Under the pieces are notes generated by a model that worked only from the letters and a program-made list of their open reading frames with translations, did not search any database and had not been told where the DNA came from. Positions 12,994 through 26,680 of a stretch of DNA of 64,000 nt are shown piece by piece. The position numbers and the translations under genes were made by a program. The DNA is taken from NCBI RefSeq assembly GCF_040938485.1, contig NW_027272421.1, forward strand, positions 62,001 through 126,000, written 5' to 3'. This stretch comes from Diadema antillarum. Lineage: Eukaryota. The stretch's first letter is position 1. The number at the start of each line of letters is the position of its first letter.

Positions 12994-14452
12994 TCATAAC
13001 ATTAATAATCAAATTATTGTAGGTCAAATTAATCAAATGATAATAGCAAAACATTTCCAACAGAATTAATGACGAGGATAATCGCATTAATGACATCATC
13101 CTCGAAATTGTGATATAAATGATGATAACATGATTATAAACATGACATTGATTAGGAAGTTAGAATACGCACGTTTCATGTTAATGACGAAAAGACTAGT
13201 ACTAATAGTAAATCAAGAATTGAAACACATTGCAACAATGATGATGAATCATGATAATGATTGTTAGGGGATTTCGACAATGAAAAATAGAATGTAATGT
13301 TGATGCGATAAAAGCCAATATTTCTTTGCAGAAAAAAAGGACTCACCCACTTTTGCTTTACTACCCTAGAATCACTTTTTTTCAACAATGATAATAACAT
13401 AATATCTACAGTAAGCCAATTGCCACAGATTAGTGAGGAGATTGCTACAGGCTAATATGATTAATGATAAATGATAATTACTTTTATGATCATTATGATT
13501 ATCACATGCCTTTACTAGTTCTCTTACAACTATTGCATTCAAAACTCATGTATTGATAGTTAATAAATAAAGTACATTAATAAAGCAACACCTCATAAGT
13601 GTTTATCAGTATTATTTCACTGGACATAACTTGACACATCGAATTTATCATCGCTATAAAAGATTTGCCGAAGTAATCTAAAAGCACAAGGTCGTCGCTT
13701 TGATTTCAACTGACGCGGATATTTTAAAAAAGTGTCACAGTGAAGTTTAAATTTTCTTGTAAATGAGTGAAATTGAAATGAAAGTACAGAGCTTAAAGCT
13801 ACAATAATAACGAGAACATAGCATTTAAGTTTCCGATGTGAAGTGGATCGACGCATAATAACGTTTTTGTTTGGTGTAAACATGTCGAATACATTACATT
13901 TCACACCTTGCCCGACGTGGTTGTCACTCCCGCCCACTGGCGTCCGTTTTCTTCCCAATACCATCTTGTTATCCATGCTTTCACCTCTTCGCAAATAAAC
14001 TCCTCCATCAGCGGGCCCAATTTAGCCCCAAAAATTTCAACACGTTTCCACATAACCTGCGAATCTTTTTTTTTTCTTCTTCTTCTTCTTCTCTTTTCGT
14101 CTTTTTCTCCCCTTCCACCATTTTCACTTGAGTCTCAAGCGCGACGCATGTATAGCGATGTTCCATATATCTATAATAATTTCCAGAAATCCAAAAAATT
14201 CGGTGTAGTTTACGTTGTGGTGGTGGGGCTGGTGACGTGTAAAGTGCTCTAGTTAATCTCCATTATTCCATTCTCCGACATTCTGTCTCAGATTGATATA
14301 TACATGTACCTTCTTTTTTCTTCTTTCCTGTTTTGCCATAGTTGGGAGAAAAATCCGATCTACACACTATTTTGCGATCAAGTTTACGCCGGTCCCAGCG
14401 AAAGTTGAGACTGAGGCGTAGATTGAAATTGAATAGACAATACACTTTATTC

Positions 14453-14496
<44 letters not shown>

Positions 14497-16994
14497 ATCC
14501 TCTCTTTTATTCAAACGACTAACAAACCTGAAAATATAACGGATTAAAAAAGAAATGGAATCGCATCGGAAACTTATTGATAATGGAAATTTGAAGTCCA
14601 ATTTGAAGTGTTGCAAAATAAAGCTGCAGCAATTATAAAAAACAAGAGTTATGATAAACGAACGTCTAGATTTAAGTCCTATGCTAAATATCAGAGAAAG
14701 GACATTTGAATTAATTTCATTTCATTTCGTTTATAATGTATTTATTATTCTTTACTGAATATTGATTGATTTATTCATTTATTTTTATAATGTAATCATA
14801 ATGTTGGGAATTACGATAATAACGACATTGATCATATAGATATTGATAGATTTGACATTATCAACCATTATCCCTCTTTCGCTCAGTTTAGATTACAGTC
14901 TGACAGAGCAGCTTTTGCACATTTTTTCATTATTCCTTCCTGTATTACTTGTTTATGAGAAGACCTAAAATTATACAGCAGTTATAATTTCGCTTTTTGG
15001 CAAGATAGTGGTAGAGATATTCTGTATTTTGTTCGACAATGAATTCTCTTGAAATTTTTCTTTCTCTTTCAAAAATGTACTTTGGCTAATTACGCATTTG
15101 TCGTGCATATAAGTTATTACAGTGCGTTCAAGATCAAGTTTATCTGACACGTATTGCACATTCTACACCTTTTCATATTCTTTGTTCAGTATATAAGAAA
15201 GAAAAAGAATGAAGATCGGGATTAATCTTTTGATTACATAATTGATATACTGAGAGAGAGTTCTGTGTTCTCTTTGAATACGCTAGTCTTAGGTTGCATA
15301 CACACAGACAGACAGGCAGGCAGTTTCAGCTCATAGTGCGCGATGTTCATAGTGCATAGTGCTATCATCCATAGTGTTATTATGCCCCTGGTCACATACG
15401 TATTTATATCCAGCCACAGAAGTAAAAATAGTTCATGACCAAGGAGCTGGTCTCACATCATATACCTCTCGAACTATCGTTGGCGCACATCAACTTTCAA
15501 TAGCCATGTTCAGCGGATAAATGCAATATACTTTATTAAGACCCATAATCCGCGGAAACGCACACTCGCACACACAGAGAAAAACGCGTGAGACGTATAC
15601 ATTATTAGCTGCTGGTTACATATTTACCCTGATTGTCAAACTCAATGGTCGCGAACGGCCGCCTTTCGCGCGAGTAATCATTACGGACATATCTACAGCA
15701 CTTCACACATGCAGCAATTTGCTGTGTAAATTAGTTGCCCCGAATAATCTTCCGTTCGAGCCTTTCATAATTTGCTCTTTCTCTCTCTCCCTCTCTCTGC
15801 CCCTTCCCTTTATTTTTTGAATCCCTTTCCCTCTCTTCTCCCCCCCCCCACCCTATTTCAATTTATACCAATGTATGCTTACTTCTAACTATGCAAGAAC
15901 CATGTGAAATCGACATTTTTTAAAACATATTTCGGTACCTAACTCTGTCATTATTTCCATACTGCATAAAACTTTATCTCTCATAATTTTCTTTAGGGAA
16001 TCTCAGAGCAATTTTCCAATCTGATGTTTATAAGAATGATTGGTAAAGCGATAAAAGTGGGGAAATACTAATAATGACGATGAAGATTACGTGACGACCA
16101 CGAAAGATAGCCACTCACAATAAGATAAGCAAATTCGGCAGTAGTGAACAATAACATTAACAATAACGAAATGAATATGTGATACTGATGCTAAACATAA
16201 GATAAAAGAGAACCAAAAGAGATTACGAAGTCTATACTGAAAAGGAGAGTAATAAAAATTGTCACTTGTTATCAGTGGTGATGGAAAATATTTTGTTGTA
16301 GTAGGTCTAGAATAAAATGAATATGGGGAATCCATCAATAAAAAGTGAACGTAAAAGAATGGAAAAAAAACCCGGCATGATAGATAGGAGGATGAAAATA
16401 AGGAAGTTATGAAAAGGAAGGAAATATAAGAGGAACAAAGTTATAATATTAATGAGAACGTCAAGACTGAAGTAGAAAAAGAAAACACGACAATACATTT
16501 CAAAGATGCATGCGCCACGCGTCTTTGTAACTTTTTTTCATATCTATTAACGTTCTTATCAACAAGCAAACAGACAAAAACGAGATATGACATGTAATTG
16601 TGAGATGGAGAGGAACAATATCAGTAATGATGATAATAATGGCACTCATATTCCTAAGTGTAGACATTCACGCGCAGGTGTATTTTACTTCGCTGCAAAA
16701 GCTATTCAGGTGAAGGGGCAGCGTTTCATTCAAAAAAAAATTGACAGTCACTGACAAGTTAGTGTTTTAAGCTTTCTACTAAAATTCTTGCCTCAGATTT
16801 GCTGAGAGCAAATTTGTCAGTGAAAATTACTGACAAAACACCAGATGAAATATGCCCCTGCATCATGGATGTCTGATTAAAATGATATGGATGCACTTTT
16901 AATCTTTTTGTTTGTTTGTTTGTTTGTTCATTTCCATCTGAGAAGATGGCTGGATAGCCCATATTCACCTACGTTAAGCTGGTCTTCCATGGGG

Positions 16995-17133
16995 TCCAGC
17001 TGGATGTGAGGTGGAACCACTTCACCGGGTATAACACCCTGCTCTTAGCGATGAATGAATGGAGCGGGATCTTTTACGTGCATGAGTTGTTACTCTCTCA
17101 TACACGGGACCTCCATTTTATGTCCTATCCTGA
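16995..17133 (-). mobile_element. SINE fragment with a conserved core resembling Meta-type SINEs
   Basis: Contains GGGATCTTTTACGTGCATGAG...ATACACGGGACCTCCATTTTATGTCCTATCC, resembling from memory the TCTTT(T/A)ACGTGC...CACGGG core of widespread invertebrate tRNA-derived SINEs. Not verified by search. Confidence 0.5.
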
Positions 17134-17764
17134 CTTGAAAGCAAGTGGAATTTTCCATTGATAGAGGGGAACTGCTCTACAGTTGGAGAGAGCTTCACAT
17201 GAGAATATGGGAAGATGAAAAGGACACAGAAAGCAGAGAAGACCATGATGTTGAAGCAGAAGTATAGAAGCAGAGCAGAATGAATCAAGAAAAAAAAAAC
17301 CCATGAATGTAATGTTAATTGTCAATCTCATTATTTTGGGTGGTTTTTTTTTTTTCAAGAATACAATGCACAAACGAAATAACGAAAATGAAATTTGGCA
17401 AAAATACTTTCTATGTAAAAAACAAAGTTTTACATACAAACGGAATACATTATTTAGATTCAAAATACAGTAGATTGTTAAATGTTCTCTTTTATGGCAT
17501 TCCACGCTCCACATTACAGGGACCGTCACAAAAGACATATACAAAATGATGCATGATGATATGACAGCACTGTCCTCGTAACAAAACGACTAAAAACTGT
17601 TCTCAATGATTTACCCAGTTGTGAAGTCGTGCAGAACTAAAAAAGAAGAAGGAGAAGAGAAAACGGGAGAAGATGTCAATGAAGATGAAGACAACAAAAA
17701 GAAACAGAGAGATCAGAGGTAGCTTGCTTGCTGGGTGTATAGCCAGATGGTGATTACTACAGAG

Positions 17765-17851
17765 CTATGAGATGACTGTCCCCCTGTTGTTCCGGTACAC
17801 CGGGTCCTTGACCGCCTCGAAAGCCGAGAAGGTGGCGAAGGGCTGCGCTTC
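17765..17851 (-). CDS. Candidate orphan terminal coding exon, EAQPFATFSAFEAVKDPVYRNNRGTVIS*
   Basis: 24 of 28 codons end in G/C, versus 15/28 and 13/28 at positions 1 and 2. Preceded by CCCAG with a pyrimidine tract and a CTGAC branch-like motif, with CAG|GTAAGT at 17924. Product not recognised; a plus-strand frame shares the same third positions. Confidence 0.4.
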   Translation of the reverse strand, partial: EAQPFATFSAFEAVKDPVYRNNRGTVIS

Positions 17852-18600
17852 CTGGGACGCGATCCAACCGGAGAGACGGGCGGAAGGGGAGCATTCTTGG
17901 TGAGTCAGTCCAGCTCCCACTTACCTGCTGCTCACCTGTAGCTGTGGACACCTTACTCTACTCTCTCCCAGGATCTCCCCCTCCCCACCCTCCCCTGTTA
18001 TGGAGCCCGGTTCCTCCCCCCCCCCCCACCCCCCATCTCCCTTTGTGTATCCCTTGCACAGGTAAATTCTTTTCGAACAGGTAGATTTAAAGCAGAGCAC
18101 CTGTTATACATCTATATTTCGCTTCACCTCTCTCATACCCCCTCCTCCATTTTGAAGCGCAAATCAGACGAAGAGAATAGTAGAAATATCATAAAAACAG
18201 ACATAAAAAGTCGGACATAAGAATCGAATATAAGAACATAAGTTATTGAACATTAAGAGACGTACATATTTTCACCTCATAGAATATCGACCATGCACGA
18301 ATATATAATATGCATCTTAGCTACCCAACTCTCCTACTGGTTTGTACGTGCACGAAAATATAAAGAATATTGCGCTTTTATTCCATGATTTATCAACTAC
18401 AGACTGCACAACCAATTCTCCAAAAATTCCTCTCTGGTAGCTTATATATACACCAGAACAATAATTTCATATCGGGGTGCGATGTCTTTTTCTTTTTCAT
18501 ACATCAAACAAGAAAAGTTCTTGTGAGGTCATGACATCAGGGAACAATTATATTCATGACCTACCTTCGTCCTTTCATTGACAGCTATTTGCAATACTTC

Positions 18601-19165
18601 TAAAGGGGAATTCCAGGCGAGTTATACGTTTAGGCTGATAAGAAAGAGTAAATTCTTACAACCACAACAGTAAAAATGTGATAAAATCGGAGAAGAATTA
18701 GGGAAGTTATGACGATGTGAAGTTTCGCTCAATTCTGCAAAACAGTTCCCGTACAGTTGATATGTTATGCATATGCAAATGAGTGAACTGTTGACAAAAA
18801 TATTAACTCATATTTTCTGCTATTCATGCGTGAAACTTTTTTTTTCTGGCAGACTGGCTTCAAAGTAATGATTAGTTACGTGTAGATATATCAGAATTTG
18901 AGACTGGGGCATCACTGCGCTTGATCAAAAACTGGAAATTTAAAGACTTTATGTATATACTGTACGGCAAATTGTGAGGGGATGACATCATCAATTTACA
19001 TTTGCAGAATTGTTTACACTGACTCTCCAAGAGCTGCTTTGTGAAAATTAGTGAAACTTCACAATTTCATAAGTTTTTTCATTCTATTGCGATCGAACTC
19101 TCACTGTTGTGCTTGTAAGATTTTACTCTTTCTTTTTACACATAACCTTTATTATGTCCTAGATT
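18601..19165. mobile_element. Degenerate TTAA/Kolobok-like element with inverted arms
   Basis: Left arm aaagagtaaattcttacaaccacaacagt...gtgaagtttc is the inverse of right arm gaaacttcac...actgttgtgcttgtaagattttactcttt. Left end TAA|AGGGGAATTCCAG; right end decayed. Confidence 0.7.
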
Positions 19166-20158
19166 TTTGCGTTTGCAAGTATCTACTGCTTGTAGAAAAC
19201 AAACAAACAAACAATATTAACTTAATGCAAAGCCGTTTATAAGTTGTACTTTTCTAGAATGAAATTTAAAGTCGCTAAAACAACTTCATTCATATCCTCA
19301 AGACCAATAAGTCCATCAGCACTGAATTCTTTCTAAATGCGGTCCATGGGAATTTCGAATGACAGGCGTAGACACTCCGTCTAAAAATTCAACCTGCAGA
19401 TTGTAAAATTGTTAGCTTAAAATGAATTTGCATTTCTTGTACTTAAAAATAGTTACTGATTGTAACGATGCGTCCTTATTACCTGCTTTACATTGAAAAG
19501 CTATTATATCTTAGCTGTACATGAAAATATTTCGGATGATCTAATTAGTTACGTAAAGTTAAGTCTTGAGTGATCCACGTTTTACAAGCCCTATGTTCAG
19601 CGGACCACTCTTTTCCATACTTTTCTGTCAACCTTGTAAAATATGCATTGCTGGTCTTGGTTATTCCACTTGATTGTGGATGTATTTTATTATATGCTTT
19701 ACCATCCACACAGCATTATAATTATATTTCTAGCAAATTGACAAAACAATACGATTTGTGTAATGTATTCTTTGTATTTTGTCTCACTCTTTTGTTGGAT
19801 GGAAATAAATGATAACTAAATTGGATTGACTTTGAATTGAATTGTTGGTGTAAATGAGTAAAATAGATTGGCATAATATTATGGTTAAGCCTAATCTGAT
19901 CAAAAAAAGCATTCGCTAGACAGGAGGCACACAACACATACTATATGCAATCAAGTATTTTCCATATATTTACATCACAGCGTCTGGTCATTCCTCAAAT
20001 TTGCAAAGCATCAATTTAGGGAATGGGGGATTGGATAAAAGGAGGAGTTCCAAAGGGGTACAAATAGAGGTTAGCTGGACAACTCGATCACTCCTGCTCT
20101 TCCCACAGGCTGTATATGAGAATCACTGTAAAAACAATGCTCAAGATGTATATCTAGT

Positions 20159-20195
<37 letters not shown>

Positions 20196-22716
20196 TGTGT
20201 TAGAGCATGTGTGAGGTCAAAACAGTGCATTTGCGCATGCTCTGATTACTTAATTGTGTTTGCTAAATTTGTCTCTGAAAACCGCTGGAACTGAAATGAC
20301 ATTTCTCCTGTCCGCAAAGGTAGCAGGTTCATTGTCGTGGTTGATATGAATATACCACAGCTTGATGTCAAGTTTGGTGCAAATTAAAAAGAAGTCCTTG
20401 AATTAGAGCGCCGGTGCGGTTTGGAGAGTTCTCGTAGGTGTTCCGCAAGAAATTAAAGACAAAATGCTTTCATTTTCATGATGAAAATTCAAATAAATAT
20501 CTTATTGCGTATAATCCTTCTATCAAAATCTTATGATTTTTTTTTTCTGATAAGTGCACGATTTAGATGTGAGGAAGTACTATACAGTACAAAGTTGTTG
20601 CCTATATTATGTCAGGTAACGGGATCCTTTTGGAGTATTACATTAGATCACGTAAGAACCACTTTCAATCACGATTCTTTTCGAGTGCTTCCATTATATT
20701 ACGTAAAAGCCAGTTTCAATCTAAGATCAAAATAACAAAGATATGAAATCAAACGAAATATCCTTTTTTTTGGGTTTGTTGAAATGAAGACCAACATTCA
20801 CAATGATCAGAAAAACAGGAGAAGATGATACGTGCATTTTGTTGCAATAACTCTCTTTTCACATTTCTTACAGCTCTCTTCCACAAAACCAATCTCATCA
20901 CATCCCTCTATACCTCTTTCTAAATGAAACGAACAGCAGAAAACAGTGATAGAATGCACCTTTGACGCATAGGTAATTTCGGCATTTCCCCCTCACTCGG
21001 TGGTGTAATGCAACTCGAGCAAATCATGATGTTACGTGAAACCTCTTCAATCGTCACGGGTGACGTGACAACGCGGGGACATCGAGGGCAAGACCTTGAG
21101 TCGACCCCGAGCAAAAAAGTTCAACGGACCAAACGCCAAAACATAATATCAAGCATGACGTTATCCATTTACTGAGAAGAAAAAAAAAAGAAATAAAAAG
21201 ATAAAACAGGTTCCCGCCAATCTTCTTTATACAAAAGTCAATGCACTCTTATTTTTCTTTTCCCCCTTCTTGAATTTGTTAGTTGGTTAGTTGCTAATGG
21301 GATTACAAATATCCTTTTGTGCAGACCATTTCTAGTTAACCGTTATCGTCAGAAATCATCCGTCTGAAAATATTTTCTTTCTCTCGCAAAAAGAAGAAGT
21401 ATAGCATTTATTATAATTATGAACTTGTTTGAGATATGAAGAACTTTCTCAATCTTATTTTCCCTCACCTGTTTCCAACTCATCTTGCACGTCACTAAAC
21501 AGCCATCTTTAATTGATCACCAGTGTCACAGTGACGGCAAGAGGTCGTTAGAGACTGTTTTTGCAACGCTTGGTCATTGTATCTTGTTGGGAACAGATGA
21601 AATTACTTAAAGAAAGGGTGATTGTCACTGAATTTAATAGGTTTACAGAGAATAATGCTAATAATTAGGATTGTTTGACCGTGCTAGTCATGAATGCGGT
21701 TTTATTTCTCTTTTCTTTGTAAATCCCAAATGAGGTATAGGGTTTTATGTTTTCATTGCTATTCTTTGTGTTATGAAATTTTACTGTAGATAAAGCACTT
21801 GTAATAACTGTTTTTATGGATTCATGCTGTAGAAAATGCAGTGAAGTGAAATTACACTGTCGACATTGCACTTGCTTCATGACTGATACTTATCATTTGA
21901 AGGAAATCAAATAAGGATTTCAGAACAAAAAAAAAAGGATTGTGTGCTTAGTGGATATTTCGGCACCTGTTTGACTGTTGCGATCGATATTCATAAAGGA
22001 CTGCAATGACATGATTTAGAATGTTTATGTAGCAATTAAATTAATGTCAGCTGTATATTACCTAAAGCTTCGTTTCGCTATCACAGTTACATTCCATCAC
22101 CATGGCAACCATGTCGTTGATATCACAATATATACGACGTGCATTAAGAAACGCGGGTGACGCCAAACCAAAGACGCGTTCTATGAGTTTCGCTTGTCAG
22201 AAAAAGAAAAAGAGAGGGTGAAAAAAAGCGCCCATCCCCGAACATCAGAGATTGACACTTTTGTAAATCGGGAGATTTCCGTGGCTTTCACATGATCGGT
22301 GGTTATAAACAAATTGAGGCGGAGCCTGGACCTCGGTCCATCGACGAAAATAAGCAGAGGAGATCTGAAAAATAATCGACGGGATTACCCTTGACTTGTA
22401 CGAACCAACATGGAGTGTCGCCTGCTGGTTTTGGAACGTTTAAATACGAAAGGGGGAGGGGGGGGGGGGGAGGGGAGGAAGAAGATTCGATGCAGTTTTA
22501 AATAATCTTAACGAAAGCCCCAGACAGCGTGTCCCCAAAACCAAACTTAAAGAAAAATTCACTTTTATTAACACATATTTCCCTTAAAAAAGCGGAGAAG
22601 ATATTTGCGATGAAATTTTGACATTTGTTTTTGTCTGCAGTCAACCTCCCCCCCCCCCCCCCCCCCCCAGTAGAAGCGATGTCTTGGCACCCAAAACGAT
22701 GAAAACGGTTACAGAG

Positions 22717-23181
22717 TTAAAGGGATGATAAAGCATTGGTGGGGATGAGGATTAGGTCTTTCACTTTTTACGAGATACCAAAAAAGCCATCGTAATAAAA
22801 GGTGGGTCCCACCTTTTATTACGATTGCTCTCTGATGGATATCTCAGCCATTTCAAAACCAATTTTCATCAAATAAACATTGAATTCCTTGTAGAATTAC
22901 ACAGTCTTTCATAATATTTCATAAGAGATATCTCATTATCTTACCCCCAAAAAAGTAAAAACCTGGGGGTGTTTCATAAAGCTGTTCTTAAAGTTACGAA
23001 CAACTTACGAGCGACTGGTGATCAGTTCTTGTGGTGAATTATTGAAATTCTGATAAGTATAGCACATCACAACTGATCCGTCCAGTCGCTCTTAAGTTGT
23101 TCGCAACTTTAAGAACAGCTTTATGAAACACCCCCTGAAGTTGGGTCTCAACCTCGACCAAAACTATATGATCCCGTTTAA
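22717..23181. mobile_element. TTAA/Kolobok-like family A copy 5 (internal deletion in left arm, nested MITE in right arm)
   Basis: TTAA|AGGGATGATA ... ATCCCGT|TTAA, with a perfect central TAATAAAAGGTGGG-T-CCCACCTTTTATTA palindrome. Confidence 0.85.
22966..23134. mobile_element. 169-bp MITE with CTG target duplication (PIF/Harbinger-like), nested in family A
   Basis: CTG|GGGGTGTTTCATAAAGCTGTTCTTAAAGTT...AACTTTAAGAACAGCTTTATGAAACACCCC|CTG with ~55-bp TIRs. The empty site in the 9310 copy (aaacCTGaaattaggtctcaacc, minus strand) has a single CTG. Confidence 0.9.
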
Positions 23182-24496
23182 CATGAGAATAACGAAATAC
23201 CCGCCAGACTGTAGTAAGAGTAATGAGGTACATACATCACATCTTATGCGTACGGGTGTAAGAAAAAAAAAAAGGAAATTGCTTTTGTTTTTTTGGTTTT
23301 TTTTAAATGAAGAACACGGTCTCAAAATGCTGCTTCCATTGGTCAAGTCTTTTCTCCGGCACCTGTTAAATAATCATACAAGGTTGAAGTTAATGACATA
23401 CGCACTATTAGCGTGTATTCAGTGATGACCGTATAAAAAAAAAATGTATCAGGTGTTCAGTGTTACATAATCTAAATTCATAAGTTAAGAGAGCGAGATA
23501 ATAACTTTGAAGATCACGAGCTAACTGGCATGTTTATTTCAATCCAAAAAAAAAAGGTAATTAAGAAAAACAACCAATAAAGTTCGAGTACTAACTTAAA
23601 CAATGTGAAAAAAATTGTTGTTTTTTTTTTTAAATCATGAATCAGGTAAACGCTACGATGCCTTGAAGTGACATTTCAGATGGGTGTAGATATTAGAATG
23701 TACATAGATACCACGACTTATTGACATAGGCCCTAACGTGATGCGGATGAGCCGGTGTTATGTTAAAAAGAAACACCACATGATTGTATCTAATGTTTCA
23801 TACCCCAATTTCTGATACCGTCGATGACAATTCTGGCGGTTATTACTTCGAAGATGCTAGATTTGAAAGAAAAAACATATTTTCCGATTTGCAAAGCAAA
23901 TATAACTGAATTTTAAGTAGTCATACTGTGATTCTATTCTCAAACCGGTAAAAATATTGTATTTATTGAAACTTAAGTCTCGAATTTTCTTTTGATGCCT
24001 GCTAACACTTACCTCATGCTCGAAGCGATATTGTCGAGATTAGAAGCACGACATCGCCAATGGTAGCACTGCTGAGAAATGCATTGCAGTCGTAAAACAA
24101 TTGAGAACTGCTTATTACAGTCTGTCATGTAGGAACAATGACACGCACTCACTCACGCACAAGCCTACTAATTGATTTCATTTTCAATTTTTGCCTAAAG
24201 TTAAGGAGGCACAGCTTTGAATCCTGGTTATCGCCATTGCTATTATCAGATTTACAATATTTTCATTTTGTGTCTCCTTCGTGTTACGGCAACCACAATT
24301 ATGACAGTGACAATGATGATATACCTTTGCCGAGGACAATGATTTAAAGCATGTAAACTAAATCAAATGTAGAAGCAATAACCTCCAGAACAGCTTCATG
24401 ATAGAATAATTGAGTCGATAGAAGTGACGGCAGATGCGAGAAATCATGTATAAAAAAAAAACAAGGTCAGCCTCGTTGTTTGAGAGTTCTTTTTGC

Positions 24497-24648
24497 TCAG
24501 GTGGAGAAATCTTCGAAGGTTTTTCCTCTTTGTTTAAAGAGTGGTGGGGGCTTTTGCTGAATGACGTCGGCGCAATTGTTGAAGGTGGTGTGCCGACAGA
24601 CCCGCTGAGACGCAGCGTCGCGTCGGCTGCATTGGCCGAAAACGAGCC
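24497..24648 (-). CDS. Candidate exon, frame ambiguous
   Basis: GC-rich island with a strong acceptor (ccccactcttctactctgcag|G at 24648). Two frames are open: GLVFGQCSRRDAASQRVCRHTTFNNCADVIQQKPPPLFKQRGKTFEDFST* and a Ser/Pro-rich frame. No homolog recognised and no good downstream donor. Confidence 0.3.
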
Positions 24649-24932
24649 CTGCAGAGTAGAAGAGTGGGGGCTGATGGGAGGTTGGGGTTCCATCAAATCG
24701 TGCGGGTCTTTGTAGACAACATGAACACACATAATTATAAAGACAGCAACAGTAGATCCTGCTGTGTTTCAATCATAAAATATGATATGACACTCTGCTG
24801 GTTTTTTTTTTTTGTTTTTTTTTTTATAAATACAAGTTCTCTTTAAAAATGCGCCTAGTCCCTTTGATTTTTTTCTAGCTCTGCATGATGTTATAAAGTG
24901 TAAAGTCATAATGGCATTAATGCAATTCCATG

Positions 24933-24934
<2 letters not shown>

Positions 24935-25002
<68 letters not shown>
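24935..25002. repeat. Compound (CT)n-(TA)n microsatellite; other CT/GA tracts near 12675 and 14456; TA tracts near 35258, 36610 and 41815
   Basis: Directly visible. Confidence 0.97.
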
Positions 25003-25009
<7 letters not shown>

Positions 25010-26680
25010 TTAAGTTTGTTTATAGGTTTATTGTCAGATAATTTCCGTAACTTATAGATATCAAACCTTCGTGTTATGTATTTCATCATCACGTCGTATG
25101 GCATTATAGCACAGAATTCAGATGTACATTTTTGAACATAACGTTAACATTTCTACGTCATTGATTCCATCACACCTGTCCACTTTATTTAATTGTACCA
25201 CCTCTAGTGAGTAAGGCGGGATGACCGATCCCAGTTTTATTCATTTTCATTTTTAAAACCATACTTCAATTGGATTCCGAAGTACAATGAAATTTGGGCT
25301 CATGGCCAGATGGAATAGTTCTATAAATTGCTGGTAAGTCTTTCAACGTCCATTCAAACCAAATGTCAATCATTTGTCGCGCAGTTAAGATGATCGAGTT
25401 GTGCTAAAATTCAAGTTTCAAAGAATACAACTTGACTTGTTTATGCTATAATCTTCACGCACAGATAACAATACTGCACAGGACGGCAGAATGTAGTTCA
25501 AATATAACTACTGTAAGATATCATCTACACTAATCAAATCATATATTGTCTTACTTCTTCTTCATGTTCATAGGCACCAAGACGGACCTTTTCGGAGTTT
25601 TTCATACAATGCGACACTAAGTGAAATCTTGAACTTTAAGTGTGCTTATATTTTGCCTGCGTGCATGTGTGTGTGTGTGTGTATAATTGTATGCGTGTGA
25701 TCCAATGAAAGCCTGGCAAAGGCGCCAAACATACCGATTTCTAACTCGGTATCTTTCAAACTCAAAACTTTTCAAATGACAAATAGCTTGTCCCACAGTG
25801 ACTTTCTTTCAACGCATCGACCATGGGTAAGGAAGCTGGCAAACAGGTGAGCACGTCTTTTGAATTTTAGACGCTTTTGAGTTTAAGTCAAGCGCATGCA
25901 AAATAGGTAAATTGAAAACATCGTGGTAGCATGCTTCATTAAACAAAAAGGAAAAGTTTGTAGTCTTTCAAATTAGGTTGAAAGTAGTTTAGATATCACT
26001 CTTTTTATTGTTAAACAATGGCACGATATTCTACGTCAAAATTTTCCTTATTTAAGCTTTAATATCTGCGACAATACATTCTCAGTGCAACGTGCTGATG
26101 GGGTCACAAAGTATTCTATATTTCTTTTTTTTGTGTGTACGCTCGATATGATTTGCGATCCATTTCACACGCTTGAATGCAAATGGGGGGAGGGGGTGTA
26201 TCGTGTACACCTGATGTCTCATATTCCAAGATTCTGGATAAAAAGGTTTTTTTAAAGTATTTTTATGAGCAGCATTGTGATGACTGAAATATGCCATCCG
26301 GGTACCACACGCCCAAAGCAGTTGACACATTTGTTCCACTTCTTCTGAGAGGAGAAAATCTACTACAATGTATATATAAGCAGTTTTGACACTGATAGAC
26401 GAAAGTGTATCCCGCATATTAAACGGCCATAATATGACAGAAGCATTAAAATTCTAACGACTATAGGTGTTGACTTGGTTGACAGACAAGATTGATGACT
26501 TTAAATCAACAGTTGATAGGGTATTGGATTATCACCTTTGTATGATTTTACCTCTTAAATCTTATTAGAGACTATAATCTGTGCCTTTGCCTTGTTGTTT
26601 CAGTTATGTTGCATGGTCGTACACACTGTAATACAAACAATATCAAGGGGATCAATTCCACCAATCATTTATCATGTTTT

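Noticed and set aside
12716-13099. Poly-Asn and poly-Ile ORFs
   Set aside because: Translation of an (AAT)n microsatellite.
17921-17930. U1 snRNA 5' end (ACTTACCTG)
   Set aside because: The following sequence does not match U1; it is better read as a minus-strand splice donor.
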